A stretch of DNA of 64,000 nt from a virus (lineage: Duplodnaviria > Caudoviricetes): IMG/VR virus record IMGVR_UViG_3300032290_001086. The stretch is one strand, 5' to 3'. The translations under genes were made by a program, and so were the position numbers. Positions within the stretch are counted from its first letter, which is position 1; every line of letters begins with the position of its first letter. Shown here one piece after another: positions 1 through 9,958 of this stretch. Below the pieces are notes generated by a model. That model did not search any database. It was not told the DNA's origin and saw nothing but the letters and a program-made list of their open reading frames with translations.

Positions 1-1136
1 TCGACCCAGTTCTAATCAGCCTAATCCGCCGTTCAATGCCTAAGCTAATTGCTTATGACATTTGCGGTGTTCAACCAATGAGCGGTCCTACTGGACTAAT
101 CTTCGCAATGCGTGCTCATCGTGGAACCGACCGTAATGGTGACGGCAACACTCCAAACGTATTCGATAACGAGACCTTCTTCAACGAAGTTCCTTCTGGT
201 TTCTCTGCTGCTGGCGGTGCATACTCTGCTGCAACTGGCGAGACTGCAACCAATCCATCAGTTCTAAACGCTGCTTCTCCTGGCAACTATGCTGCAGTAG
301 GTGGTATGAATACCAACTCTGCTGAAGCTCTAGGCGAATCAGGTTCTGAGTTCCGTGAAATGAGCTTCGGAATCGAGAAAGTAACTGTAACAGCAAAGAG
401 CCGTGCTCTAAAAGCTGAGTACACCCTAGAACTAGCACAAGACCTCAAGGCTATCCATGGTCTTGATGCTGAGACTGAGCTTGCAAATATTCTCTCAACA
501 GAGATTCTTGCAGAAATCAACCGTGAAGTAGTTCGTACAATCTACGTAACTGCTAAGCCTGGTGCTCAGAACAACGTAGCTAATGCTGGTTCTTTTGACC
601 TCGACGTTGATTCCAACGGTCGTTGGTCTGTAGAGAAGTGGAAGGGACTCATGTTCCAAATCGAGCGTGATGCAAACGCAATCGGCCACTCAACTCGTAG
701 AGGAAAGGGTAACTTCCTAATCTGTTCTGCAGACGTAGCAAGTGCTCTAGCTGCTGCTAAGCTTCTCGACTACACCCCACTTCTAAATCCAAACGAGACT
801 CCAGATGACACTGCATCTACTCTCGCTGGTACAATCAACGGTCGTATCAAGGTATATGTTGACCCATATTCCGCAAACATCTCTAACGACCATTATTATG
901 TAATGGGTTATAAGGGAACCAATGCATACGATGCAGGTCTCTTCTACTGCCCATACGTTCCTCTCCAGATGGTTCGTTCCATCGGTCAGGACACCTTCCA
1001 GCCTAAGATTGGCTTCAAGACCCGCTACGGCATGGTCGCAAACCCATTCGCTGGTGGAATCACTCAGCGTTCTGGCGCTCTAACTGCAAACGACAACGTT
1101 TACTACAGAAGAACCAGAGTTCTAAACCTAATGTGA
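1..1136 (+). CDS. gp23: Major capsid protein, 5'-truncated (frame open from nt 3: DPVLISLIRRSMPKLIAYD...)
   Basis: T4-like g23 motifs GVQPMSGPTGLIFAMR, KSRALKAEYTLELAQDLKAIHG, GLFYCPYVPL, FKTRYG. Confidence 0.98.
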   Translation, partial: DPVLISLIRRSMPKLIAYDICGVQPMSGPTGLIFAMRAHRGTDRNGDGNTPNVFDNETFFNEVPSGFSAAGGAYSAATGETATNPSVLNAASPGNYAAVGGMNTNSAEALGESGSEFREMSFGIEKVTVTAKSRALKAEYTLELAQDLKAIHGLDAETELANILSTEILAEINREVVRTIYVTAKPGAQNNVANAGSFDLDVDSNGRWSVEKWKGLMFQIERDANAIGHSTRRGKGNFLICSADVASALAAAKLLDYTPLLNPNETPDDTASTLAGTINGRIKVYVDPYSANISNDHYYVMGYKGTNAYDAGLFYCPYVPLQMVRSIGQDTFQPKIGFKTRYGMVANPFAGGITQRSGALTANDNVYYRRTRVLNLM

Positions 1137-1156
1137 GTTAAATCACAAATAACAAA

Positions 1157-1182
1157 AGGGGAGCCTTCGGGCTCCTTTTTTT
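1157..1182 (+). terminator. Rho-independent terminator after gp23
   Basis: GGAGCC-TTCG-GGCTCC followed by T7. Confidence 0.92.
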
Positions 1183-1206
1183 GTACCTAAATAAAAATAA
1201 AACGTC

Positions 1207-1743
1207 ATGGCAGCTAATTTTATTAATAATTCTGCTTGTCCAGTAAACTTTTTATCTGGAGTAGGATTTCAATTTCAACTAGTAAAATATCCTAAAGTAT
1301 CTTTTTATTGTCAGTCTGCTAATGTCCCTTCAATAAATTTAGCAGTAGCAGTTCAATCTACTAGATGGAATGCAGTACCCCATCCTGGAGATGAAATTTC
1401 ATTTGATGATTTAAATATAAGATTTTTAGTAGATGAAAAGTTACAAAATTACTCTACAATTCATAACTGGGTTAAAAATTTAGGTCATCCAGAATATGGG
1501 GGAGAAGTTAATGAATTACCAGGAGAAGATATTAATGATAAAACTTATAGTGATGGAATTCTGTTTATATTAGATTCAAACTTTAAAAGAAAATTCAAAG
1601 TTGTATTTAAAGACATGTTTCCAGTAAGTATAGGTGGATTAAATTTTGATTCTACTTACACAGACACAGAATATTTTGCAGTTGACGCAACTTTCAAGTA
1701 TACTATATACGATATCTACGACATTAATGACAAGAAACTATGA
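1207..1743 (+). CDS. gp3: Tail completion / tail tube terminator
   Basis: NFLSGVGFQF, FYCQSANVP, F.VDE.L.NY..IHNW motifs; follows g23; CTAAATA late promoter at 1187-1193. Confidence 0.8.
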   Translation: MAANFINNSACPVNFLSGVGFQFQLVKYPKVSFYCQSANVPSINLAVAVQSTRWNAVPHPGDEISFDDLNIRFLVDEKLQNYSTIHNWVKNLGHPEYGGEVNELPGEDINDKTYSDGILFILDSNFKRKFKVVFKDMFPVSIGGLNFDSTYTDTEYFAVDATFKYTIYDIYDINDKKL

Positions 1744-2171
1744 TTGATATTGACTTTATTAAGGATCATTGGGCTCAAGACTCCAAGATGGATGAAGACC
1801 TACTCGATCACGAATCTATTAAAATTCCACAATTACATAGCAAGTATTTAAATTGGCTCTCTGATGTAAGACTTATTAAAATTAAAAAAGAACAAGATTA
1901 CAAAAAATTGCTCAAACAAAAATTTGAATATTATACTGGAAAATCAGATGCAGAAGTATACAAACAAAAACCATTTGATTTAAAAATACTTAAACAAGAT
2001 GTTCAACTTTATATTGAATCGGACGATGAAATTCAGTCATCTTTAAATAAACTAAATTATTATAAAGAAATGATATTTTTATTAGAAAATATTCTGAGTA
2101 ATATTAGTACTAGAGGATTTCAAATTAAAAATAGTATTGATTGGCAAAAATTCATGCAAGGAACTATTTAA
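1740..2171 (+). CDS. uvsY: Recombination mediator UvsY
   Basis: ESIKIPQLHSKYL, EYYTGK, RGFQIKNSIDW; synteny with uvsW. Confidence 0.9.
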   Translation: MIDIDFIKDHWAQDSKMDEDLLDHESIKIPQLHSKYLNWLSDVRLIKIKKEQDYKKLLKQKFEYYTGKSDAEVYKQKPFDLKILKQDVQLYIESDDEIQSSLNKLNYYKEMIFLLENILSNISTRGFQIKNSIDWQKFMQGTI

Positions 2172-3640
2172 TGGCAGACGTTATTATCCAGAAAAAGAAC
2201 GAAACATATTTAACCGTAGAATGTGAACCACATATTAAATATGAGTTATCTGAATACTTCACATTTGATGTTCCAAATGCAAAATTTATGCCCCAATTTA
2301 AAAACAGATTGTGGGATGGAAAAATAAAACTATTCAGTCCAATGGATGGATCAATCTATTGTGGACTTTATAGTTATCTTACAGAGTGGCTATGTAGTAG
2401 GGGATATACATATCTCGATAAAGAAAATAAATTTTATGGAATGCCATCTGAGTCTTCTCATGATATAACTCCAGAAGGTCTTGTTGATTATGTAAAAACT
2501 TTAAATATTCCATTTAAAGTTAGAGACTATCAATACAAAGCAATATATCAAGCATTAAAAGATCAAAGAAAATTATTGCTTTCTCCTACTGCTTCTGGAA
2601 AATCTTTGATGATATATTCTATCGTTAGATATTACACAGATAAAAATTATAGAACTTTAATTATAGTTCCCACCACATCTCTTGTAGAACAATTAACTAA
2701 AGATTTTACTGAGTATGGTTGGAATTCAGATCATTATTGTCATAAAATTTATGCTGGAAAATTAAAGCAATCTACTAAACCAGTTACAATAACAACCTGG
2801 CAATCAATATATAAAATGCCAAAAACTTGGTATGAAACTTATGATGTTGTTATTGGAGATGAAGCTCATCAATTCAAAGCTAAGTCTTTAATTGGTATTA
2901 TGACAAAGTTGCACAACTGTAAGCATAGAATTGGATTCACTGGAACCCTAGATGGGACGAACGTAAACCAGCTAGTTTTGGAGGGATTATTTGGTCCAGT
3001 GAATAAAGTCATCAAAACTAAAAAATTAATTGAAAAAGGATACCTTTCTAATTTAAAGATAAACATACTTTTATTGCAACATGGGTATTCGTCATTTGAG
3101 TCGTATCAAGAGGAAATAGACTATATTTGTCGTCATGAAAGACGAAACAAATATATTAAAAATCTTGCTACAAATCAGAATGGAAATACTTTGGTATTAT
3201 TTTCCATGGTAGAAAAGCATGGTAGAGTGCTGTACGATTTAATAAATAGTGAAGTAGGTTCCACTAGAAAAGTATTCTTTGTATATGGTGGTGTTGATAC
3301 AGAAGAAAGAGAATTGATTCGCTCTTTAACAGAAAAAGAAACTGATGCCATCATTATTGCTTCTTACGGTACATTTTCCACTGGGATTAACATAAAAAAT
3401 TTACACAATGTTATTTTTGCTTCTCCTTCCAAATCAAGAATTAGAAATTTACAATCTATAGGTAGAGTTCTAAGAAAGGGTGAAAATAAATCAAAAGCTA
3501 AATTGTTTGATATTGCTGATGATTTTTCAAAAGGAGAAAAGAGAAATTATACATTAAATCATTTAATTGAACGAATTAAAACCTATTCACAGGAAAACTT
3601 TGAATATGAAATAATTCCCATAAACTTTAGTAAAGAATAA
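2171..3640 (+). CDS. uvsW: SF2 RNA-DNA helicase UvsW (ATG at 2171 preferred)
   Basis: SPTASGKS, DEAH, TGT and QSIGRVLR helicase motifs. Confidence 0.95.
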   Translation: MADVIIQKKNETYLTVECEPHIKYELSEYFTFDVPNAKFMPQFKNRLWDGKIKLFSPMDGSIYCGLYSYLTEWLCSRGYTYLDKENKFYGMPSESSHDITPEGLVDYVKTLNIPFKVRDYQYKAIYQALKDQRKLLLSPTASGKSLMIYSIVRYYTDKNYRTLIIVPTTSLVEQLTKDFTEYGWNSDHYCHKIYAGKLKQSTKPVTITTWQSIYKMPKTWYETYDVVIGDEAHQFKAKSLIGIMTKLHNCKHRIGFTGTLDGTNVNQLVLEGLFGPVNKVIKTKKLIEKGYLSNLKINILLLQHGYSSFESYQEEIDYICRHERRNKYIKNLATNQNGNTLVLFSMVEKHGRVLYDLINSEVGSTRKVFFVYGGVDTEERELIRSLTEKETDAIIIASYGTFSTGINIKNLHNVIFASPSKSRIRNLQSIGRVLRKGENKSKAKLFDIADDFSKGEKRNYTLNHLIERIKTYSQENFEYEIIPINFSKE

Positions 3641-3643
3641 ACT

Positions 3644-4042
3644 ATGGATGATTTTTACGGAATTTTAAAATTAGTAGACGGAACAGAACTAGTAGGTAAT
3701 GTACTTCCTTGCGAAGATAAGGATGGTTTCATTATTGAAAATCCATTTGAAGTTCTGGTAGAAAATGTAATGACTCCTTCAGGGGAAATGTATAAGGTTG
3801 ATTTACGAGCCTGGATTAAATTTTCAAAAGAAGATATATTTTTTATTGAAAAACAAAAAGTATTTACCGTTGCAGAAGCAGATGAGAAAATCCTAAGACT
3901 TTATAGAAGCACTCTAAAAAAGTATCTAAACCAATCAGATAACAATAGAGTTTCTTTAGATAAAGAATTAGGATTTAAAAATAAAATTAATGAAGCAAGA
4001 GAACTATTGGAGAAGTCCTTTAAACTTAATATAGATATTTAA
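3644..4042 (+). CDS. Conserved hypothetical protein (Sm-like fold candidate)
   Basis: ORF with ILKLVDGTELVG N-terminus between uvsW and gp55. Confidence 0.7.
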   Translation: MDDFYGILKLVDGTELVGNVLPCEDKDGFIIENPFEVLVENVMTPSGEMYKVDLRAWIKFSKEDIFFIEKQKVFTVAEADEKILRLYRSTLKKYLNQSDNNRVSLDKELGFKNKINEARELLEKSFKLNIDI

Positions 4043-4049
4043 GTAATAT

Positions 4050-4097
4050 TCTGACCCTTAACAGAGTCATTATACACAAATCCAGAGGTCTTGTCAA
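4050..4097 (-). promoter_or_regulatory. Perfect sigma70 promoter on minus strand followed by conserved 18-mer (candidate origin)
   Basis: TTGACA(4097-4092)-17 nt-TATAAT(4074-4069), then ACTCTGTTAAGGGTCAGA. Confidence 0.75.
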
Positions 4098-4162
4098 GGG
4101 GGTATTGCAAATCCTTGACAAGTGTGTTAAACTACTAACAGTTGAATAGAAGTTTATTTTGA

Positions 4163-4639
4163 ATGAAGAAAAAAGAACACTACGTAAATAACAAAGATTT
4201 TTTAGATGCTTTAGTTGTTTATAGAAATGAAGTAAAAAAATCAGTAGAAGAAGGAAGGAACAAGCCAAAAGTTCCAAACTATGTTGGAGAGTGTTTTCTT
4301 AAGATTGCAACCCACCTTTCGTATCGTCCTAACTTTGTGAACTATATGTTCAAAGATGATATGATTTGTGATGGTATTGAAAATTGTCTTCAATATATTG
4401 ACAACTTTGACCCAGAAAAATCTACTAACCCCTTTGCATATTTTACTCAAATTATTTACTTTGCATTTCTAAGAAGAATTCAAAAAGAAAAGAAACAGCT
4501 TGAAATCAAATCTAAACTATTAGAACGTTCTGGATTTGATGAAGTATTTGCTGCAGATGACTCTATTATGGGATTTAATATGTCTGATATGAACAGCATC
4601 AAAGAAAACTTAGAATATCGTAATTACAACAACCGATGA
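4163..4639 (+). CDS. gp55: Late-transcription sigma factor
   Basis: HYVNNKDF, RPNFVNY, NPFAYFTQIIYFAFLRRIQKEK. Confidence 0.96.
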   Translation: MKKKEHYVNNKDFLDALVVYRNEVKKSVEEGRNKPKVPNYVGECFLKIATHLSYRPNFVNYMFKDDMICDGIENCLQYIDNFDPEKSTNPFAYFTQIIYFAFLRRIQKEKKQLEIKSKLLERSGFDEVFAADDSIMGFNMSDMNSIKENLEYRNYNNR

Positions 4640-5688
4640 ACGCAGCTATTATTACAGACCAACATTTGGATGGAAGAAAAGGGTCTCAAGCTTTTTGGGA
4701 CTTTTTCATGAAATTCTATAATGAAATATTTTTTCCTACACTTGAAAAAAACAATATAAAAATTTTGTTTGATTTAGGAGATACTTTTGATAACAGAAAA
4801 AATATAGATTTTGCTGCTTGGTCTAGAATTAAAACTCAATATTATGATAGATTGCAAGAACTAGGTGTTCAAGTTCATATGATTGTTGGTAATCATACTG
4901 CATATTATAAGAACACTAATAGAATTAATACTCCAAGTTTATTATTAAATTCTTATGATAATATCACAATATACGATGAAATTTGTGATATTGATATTCT
5001 AGGTAATACCATTACAATGATTCCTTGGATTAATTCCGAAAATCAATCTAAAGTTATGTCTCATCTACAAAATACTAAATCTCAAGTATTGATGGGACAT
5101 TTAGAAATTACTGGATTTGAAGCACACCCAGGACATGTTTTTGAAGGTGGATTAGATAGAAGTATTTTCTCTAAATTTCCTCAAGTTTTTTCTGGTCACT
5201 TTCACCACAAATCAAGAGCAGAAAACATCTATTATCTAGGAAATCCTTATGAAATTACTTGGAGTGATTATAATGAAGAAAGAGGATTTCATTTGTATGA
5301 TTTAGATACTAGGAAATTAAAATTTATAAGAAACACATTTAGAATGTTTAAAAAGTTCTACTATGATGATAATAAAACTGATTATCTTTACGTAGACTTA
5401 ACTGAATACAAAGATTCTTATGTTAAAGTAATTGTAGAAAATAAATCAGACTCTTACATGTTTGATAAAGTAGTTGAAAAATTTTATTCTGTTGGCGTAC
5501 ATGATTTAAAAATAATTGAAGACAATTCAATGTTTAATTCTGATAGTGACGACACAGAAAGTATCGAGCATGAAGATACACTAACTACACTACAAAGATA
5601 CATAGAAGAAATGAAAGATAATTATGACAAGTCAAACTTGAAATCAATTATCAAATCAATATACATAGAAGCATGTGAAATACAATAA
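4636..5688 (+). CDS. gp47: Mre11/SbcD-like recombination nuclease
   Basis: DQH, DLGD, GNH and SGHFH phosphoesterase motifs. Confidence 0.95.
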   Translation: MNAAIITDQHLDGRKGSQAFWDFFMKFYNEIFFPTLEKNNIKILFDLGDTFDNRKNIDFAAWSRIKTQYYDRLQELGVQVHMIVGNHTAYYKNTNRINTPSLLLNSYDNITIYDEICDIDILGNTITMIPWINSENQSKVMSHLQNTKSQVLMGHLEITGFEAHPGHVFEGGLDRSIFSKFPQVFSGHFHHKSRAENIYYLGNPYEITWSDYNEERGFHLYDLDTRKLKFIRNTFRMFKKFYYDDNKTDYLYVDLTEYKDSYVKVIVENKSDSYMFDKVVEKFYSVGVHDLKIIEDNSMFNSDSDDTESIEHEDTLTTLQRYIEEMKDNYDKSNLKSIIKSIYIEACEIQ

Positions 5689-5963
5689 TGTACATTCTAA
5701 CACTCAAAGGAAGAAAACATGAAGGTGCATATGCAGTAGAAACTTCTGATGGATGTAAAGTTCTTCAGCTTTTTGTTGACTGCGATGATGCATTTCGTTA
5801 TATTGGGCTGTTGGAAGCAGATGGATTTCCAGAAATGGAATCTTTAGAAATAGAAGAAGAAGATGCTATTGCAGCATGTGAGAATTTCGGCTATAATTAC
5901 TGTGTTATTACCCCTGAAGATTTCGTAATTCCTCCAGAGACTGTTAGTTATGATTTTATTTAA
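5688..5963 (+). CDS. Conserved cyanophage hypothetical protein
   Basis: Coupled ORF between gp47 and gp46, ending ITPEDFVIPP. Confidence 0.75.
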   Translation: MYILTLKGRKHEGAYAVETSDGCKVLQLFVDCDDAFRYIGLLEADGFPEMESLEIEEEDAIAACENFGYNYCVITPEDFVIPPETVSYDFI

Positions 5964-7665
5964 AAATGTTACTTATTCCAACTTTCTTGCAGTAGGTAAT
6001 GTTCCAATATCAATAGATTTAAATTCAAATTCTACTACGTTGATAGTAGGTTCTAATGGAGCAGGTAAAAGTACAATTATAGAAGCTATAATTTTTGCTC
6101 TGTTTAATAAATCATTTAGAAAAGTAAATAAAAACCAATTAATTAATTCAATCAATGAAAAAGATTGTAAGGTAGAACTTGATTTTGTAATTGGTTCTAA
6201 AGAATATAAAATTATTCGTGGTCTTAAACCAAATATTTTTGAAATCTATATTGATGGAAAACCACTAGACCAACTTGCTGCAAATTCTGACCAACAAAAA
6301 TATCTTGAGCAAAATATTTTGAAATTGAATTACAAATCATTTACTCAGATTGTAATTCTTGGTTCTAGTACTTTTGTTCCATTCATGCAACTTCCTGCAG
6401 CACATCGCAGAGAAATCATTGAAGACCTTTTAGACATTCGTATTTTTTCAACGATGAATGTTATTCTAAAAGATAGAATTAAAACAAACAATGATAGCAT
6501 AAAGTCATACGATAATGAGATTGAATTCTTGAAAGAGAAAGTCAAAATGCAAAAGAATCATATTGATTATATTTCAAGTCAATCTCAAAAAAGTATTGAG
6601 GATAAAAAAACTCAAATTCAAGATTACGAAAATCAAATTGAAGACTGTGAGAAAGAATATGATAAAATTTGCACAGATTTGAGAAATAAAAATCAAGAAT
6701 TGGCAGACCTTCCTAAAATTAATATAAAAGATTTAGAAAAATATAAAACTAAGTTTCTAACTAAGTTGTCTGATTATGAAAATAATATAAATTTTTATAG
6801 TCAGAATGATACTTGTCCTACATGTCAACAAGAACTAACTACAGAAATTAAAACTAAACACATTAGTAAGTGCAACACTCAAATTGATAAATTGCAAAAA
6901 TCTATTGAAGAGGTAGAAACTAAGATAGAAGAATCTCAAAATATAATTAATAAATCTGAAAAAATTCTATCTGAGATTAATGAATTTACTGTTCAAATGG
7001 CATCCCAAAATTATAAATGTAAAGGTCTTTCAAAATTTATTGATTCGTTGAAAGATGAAATTGATAAAATATCAGAATCAGATAAGGACATTGCAATAGA
7101 AAAACAAAAATTAACTTCTCTTGCTTCTGAGGGATTGACACTCCAGAAAAAATTAGATAAGATGAAACATAATAAAAATCATTATGAAGTGGTTTCTAGT
7201 TTGTTAAAAGATACTGGGATTAAATCTAAAATTATTAAAAAATATCTTCCAGTAATGAATCAATTGATTAATAAGTATCTTCAATTAATGGATTTTTATG
7301 TCAACTTTAATCTTGATGAAAATTTTGAAGAGACTATAAAATCTAGGTTTAGAGATGATTTTAGTTACTCTTCTTTCTCTGAGGGAGAAAAAATGAGAAT
7401 TGATTTAGCTTTAATGTTTACTTGGAGAGCAATTGCAAAATTAAAAAATTCTGCAAACACTAATCTTCTTATTTTGGATGAAGTATTTGATAGTTCTCTT
7501 GATGGGGCAGGCACAGAAGATTTTCTGAGAATTATTCGTGGTGGAATTGATGAAGATACTAATATCTTTGTAATATCACATAAAGGAGATTTATTGCATG
7601 ATAAATTTGATAGAATCCTAAAATTTGAAAAAGTTAAAAACTTTAGTAAAGTAAAGGACATATAA
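5950..7665 (+). CDS. gp46: Rad50/SbcC-like recombination ATPase
   Basis: GSNGAGKS, CPTC zinc hook, FSEGEK, LILDE. Confidence 0.96.
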   Translation: MILFKNVTYSNFLAVGNVPISIDLNSNSTTLIVGSNGAGKSTIIEAIIFALFNKSFRKVNKNQLINSINEKDCKVELDFVIGSKEYKIIRGLKPNIFEIYIDGKPLDQLAANSDQQKYLEQNILKLNYKSFTQIVILGSSTFVPFMQLPAAHRREIIEDLLDIRIFSTMNVILKDRIKTNNDSIKSYDNEIEFLKEKVKMQKNHIDYISSQSQKSIEDKKTQIQDYENQIEDCEKEYDKICTDLRNKNQELADLPKINIKDLEKYKTKFLTKLSDYENNINFYSQNDTCPTCQQELTTEIKTKHISKCNTQIDKLQKSIEEVETKIEESQNIINKSEKILSEINEFTVQMASQNYKCKGLSKFIDSLKDEIDKISESDKDIAIEKQKLTSLASEGLTLQKKLDKMKHNKNHYEVVSSLLKDTGIKSKIIKKYLPVMNQLINKYLQLMDFYVNFNLDENFEETIKSRFRDDFSYSSFSEGEKMRIDLALMFTWRAIAKLKNSANTNLLILDEVFDSSLDGAGTEDFLRIIRGGIDEDTNIFVISHKGDLLHDKFDRILKFEKVKNFSKVKDI

Positions 7666-7687
7666 GTAATCCTTATGGACCAACCCA

Positions 7688-7716
7688 TTGACTTGGTGGG
7701 TTGGTCTTGGTATTAT
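7688..7716 (+). promoter_or_regulatory. sigma70-type early promoter
   Basis: TTGACT-17-TATTAT, with the -35 inside a GACCAACCCA/TGGGTTGGTC hairpin. Confidence 0.65.
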
Positions 7717-7739
7717 ATGGAGAACGAATTGAGGCTCTT

Positions 7740-9905
7740 ATGTCCGACATCCAACAGTCCAAAAGCATTCTTGCAAAACTTCTGGCAACTGAAAACCTAA
7801 CAGTAGAACATCGTTCGGTTTCAACCGCAAGTTTTGATACTCATAATCGTATTCTGACTCTTCCTATCTGGGACAAAACATCTAATGATGTATATGACCT
7901 TCTTGTTGGTCATGAAGTTGGTCATGCTCTCTATACTCCAGATTTGTATGGAAGCGACCTAAATCTTCCTCAGAGTTATCTGAATATTGTTGAGGATGCT
8001 CGTATTGAGAAGCTGATGAAACGAAAGTATCCTGGTCTTGCTCGTGCATTTTATCGTGGATATTCAGAACTGAATGACAAAGATTTCTTTGAGATTGATT
8101 CTATTGATATCAATACTTTAAAATTTATTGATAAAGTAAATCTATATTTTAAACTTGGCAATGTAAATAGTGGAGTATTTATTAATTTTACATCAGAAGA
8201 ACAAGTATTTGTAAACAAAATTGCTAAAGCAGAAACTTTTGAGGATGTAGTAGCTATTGTCAAAGAACTTGTTGAGCATACTGAGCAAGAAATGGAACTG
8301 CAAATTCAAATATCTCATGGAGATTCTGGAGAATCTGATGAAGAGAATGAGCAAATGGATTCCCAATCAATTGATTCTTCTGATAGTCAAGTAACTGAAA
8401 ATCAGAGTCAAAATTCTCCCGACAGTAGTTCTGATAAGAAAGAAGATTCTTCTTCTTCTGATAATGTTCAATCTTCATCTAACAATTCTGGAAAAGAAGC
8501 AGATTTTAATTCCAAGACAGATGATGCTTGGTCTAAAAATCAGAAGCAGCTTGCTTCAATGAATACAAATAATTATATTTATTTGTCACCTCCAGAAATT
8601 AATGTAGATACCCATATCATTAATTGGAGGGAGTTTGCCGAAGACCTTCCAAATATTTTTAAAGAGATTATTTCCAGTGCTTCGTATGGGTATAATGGAA
8701 AGGAGTATTATCGTAAAATGTTTAATACCGCAGATAGTTCTTATAAAAAATACAAAGAAGAGTGCAAGAAATCAGTCTCATATCTAATTAAAGAATTTGA
8801 GATGAAAAAGAAAGCAACTGAATATAATCGTTCAGCTACTGCTGCAACTGGTATTCTTGATACCAATAAGATGTATTCATACAAATGGAATGATGACATT
8901 TTCAAAAAAGTTACTGTAGTTCCTAAAGGTAAATCTCATGGACTTCTCATGCATGTAGATTGGTCTGGGTCTATGCAAGGAAATCTTGTTGGCACCATCA
9001 AGCAACTATTCAACCTAATTCAATTTTGTAAGAAAGTTCAAATTCCTTTTGAAGTTTATTCTTTTAACGACAAAAATGTAGCAAAAAATTATGCTCAAAT
9101 TTCTAGGAGCAAAAAGTTAAAGATTCAAGATAACCAGATTTATATTAGTGATGATTTTCTTCTGGTGAATTTGTTCAGCAGTAAAATGAATAGTGCTCAA
9201 CTAGAAAAGCAAATGCAATATGTTTGGAAACTTGCATATGCACTAGACCATCGAGTTTATTTAACTCATCAGTATTCTCATTATGATTTGGGAAGCACTC
9301 CTCTGAATGAATCTGTATTTGCTTCTATTCCTCTGTTTCATAAATTCAAATCTACTTATAAGGTAGACAAAGTAAATACAGTATTTCTTACTGATGGAGA
9401 ATCTAATTCAGTTTCTTACAATCGACCATCACATTCAGGTGCATCCAGGAATATTGTCCATGCTGGATGGAATTCTGCAAATGATATTCTTTGTTTTCAG
9501 GATAGAAAGAATAAAATTACAATGATGGATATTAATAAGAATGGAAGTATTGGAGTTACATCTTGTTTTGTAGATTATTATCGCCAGGTAACTGGTTCAA
9601 ATGTAGTTGGATTTAGGTTGATTGAATTTTATCAGGCAAAAACTTTCTTGACTCGTTATTTGAAACCTGAGTACTCTTCTTGGAGTGATGTATCAACTGA
9701 ATGGTTAAAGACAAAATCATTTACTTCAACCTCACTAGGGTATAACGAACTATATTTTATTCAAATTGATGATGGCATTTCTACTCAAACTGAAGAAACA
9801 GAACCTGCTCCTGTCACTAATGTTGCGGTAGCATTTAAAAAGCAAATGGGTAGGAAAGCGTTCAATAAAATCATCTTATCTAAATTCATCGAGCAAATCG
9901 CTTGA
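7740..9905 (+). CDS. CobT-like protein: HExxH peptidase-like domain, acidic linker and VWA domain
   Basis: HEVGH, NIVEDARIE, MIDAS DWSGS, FLTDGE; adjacent to a MoxR ATPase; ATG at 7740. Confidence 0.85.
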   Translation: MSDIQQSKSILAKLLATENLTVEHRSVSTASFDTHNRILTLPIWDKTSNDVYDLLVGHEVGHALYTPDLYGSDLNLPQSYLNIVEDARIEKLMKRKYPGLARAFYRGYSELNDKDFFEIDSIDINTLKFIDKVNLYFKLGNVNSGVFINFTSEEQVFVNKIAKAETFEDVVAIVKELVEHTEQEMELQIQISHGDSGESDEENEQMDSQSIDSSDSQVTENQSQNSPDSSSDKKEDSSSSDNVQSSSNNSGKEADFNSKTDDAWSKNQKQLASMNTNNYIYLSPPEINVDTHIINWREFAEDLPNIFKEIISSASYGYNGKEYYRKMFNTADSSYKKYKEECKKSVSYLIKEFEMKKKATEYNRSATAATGILDTNKMYSYKWNDDIFKKVTVVPKGKSHGLLMHVDWSGSMQGNLVGTIKQLFNLIQFCKKVQIPFEVYSFNDKNVAKNYAQISRSKKLKIQDNQIYISDDFLLVNLFSSKMNSAQLEKQMQYVWKLAYALDHRVYLTHQYSHYDLGSTPLNESVFASIPLFHKFKSTYKVDKVNTVFLTDGESNSVSYNRPSHSGASRNIVHAGWNSANDILCFQDRKNKITMMDINKNGSIGVTSCFVDYYRQVTGSNVVGFRLIEFYQAKTFLTRYLKPEYSSWSDVSTEWLKTKSFTSTSLGYNELYFIQIDDGISTQTEETEPAPVTNVAVAFKKQMGRKAFNKIILSKFIEQIA

Positions 9906-9958
9906 CTTCCACCCCTCTTTCCCCTATACTACTTTCATACCAAACGAGGTACTTAATT

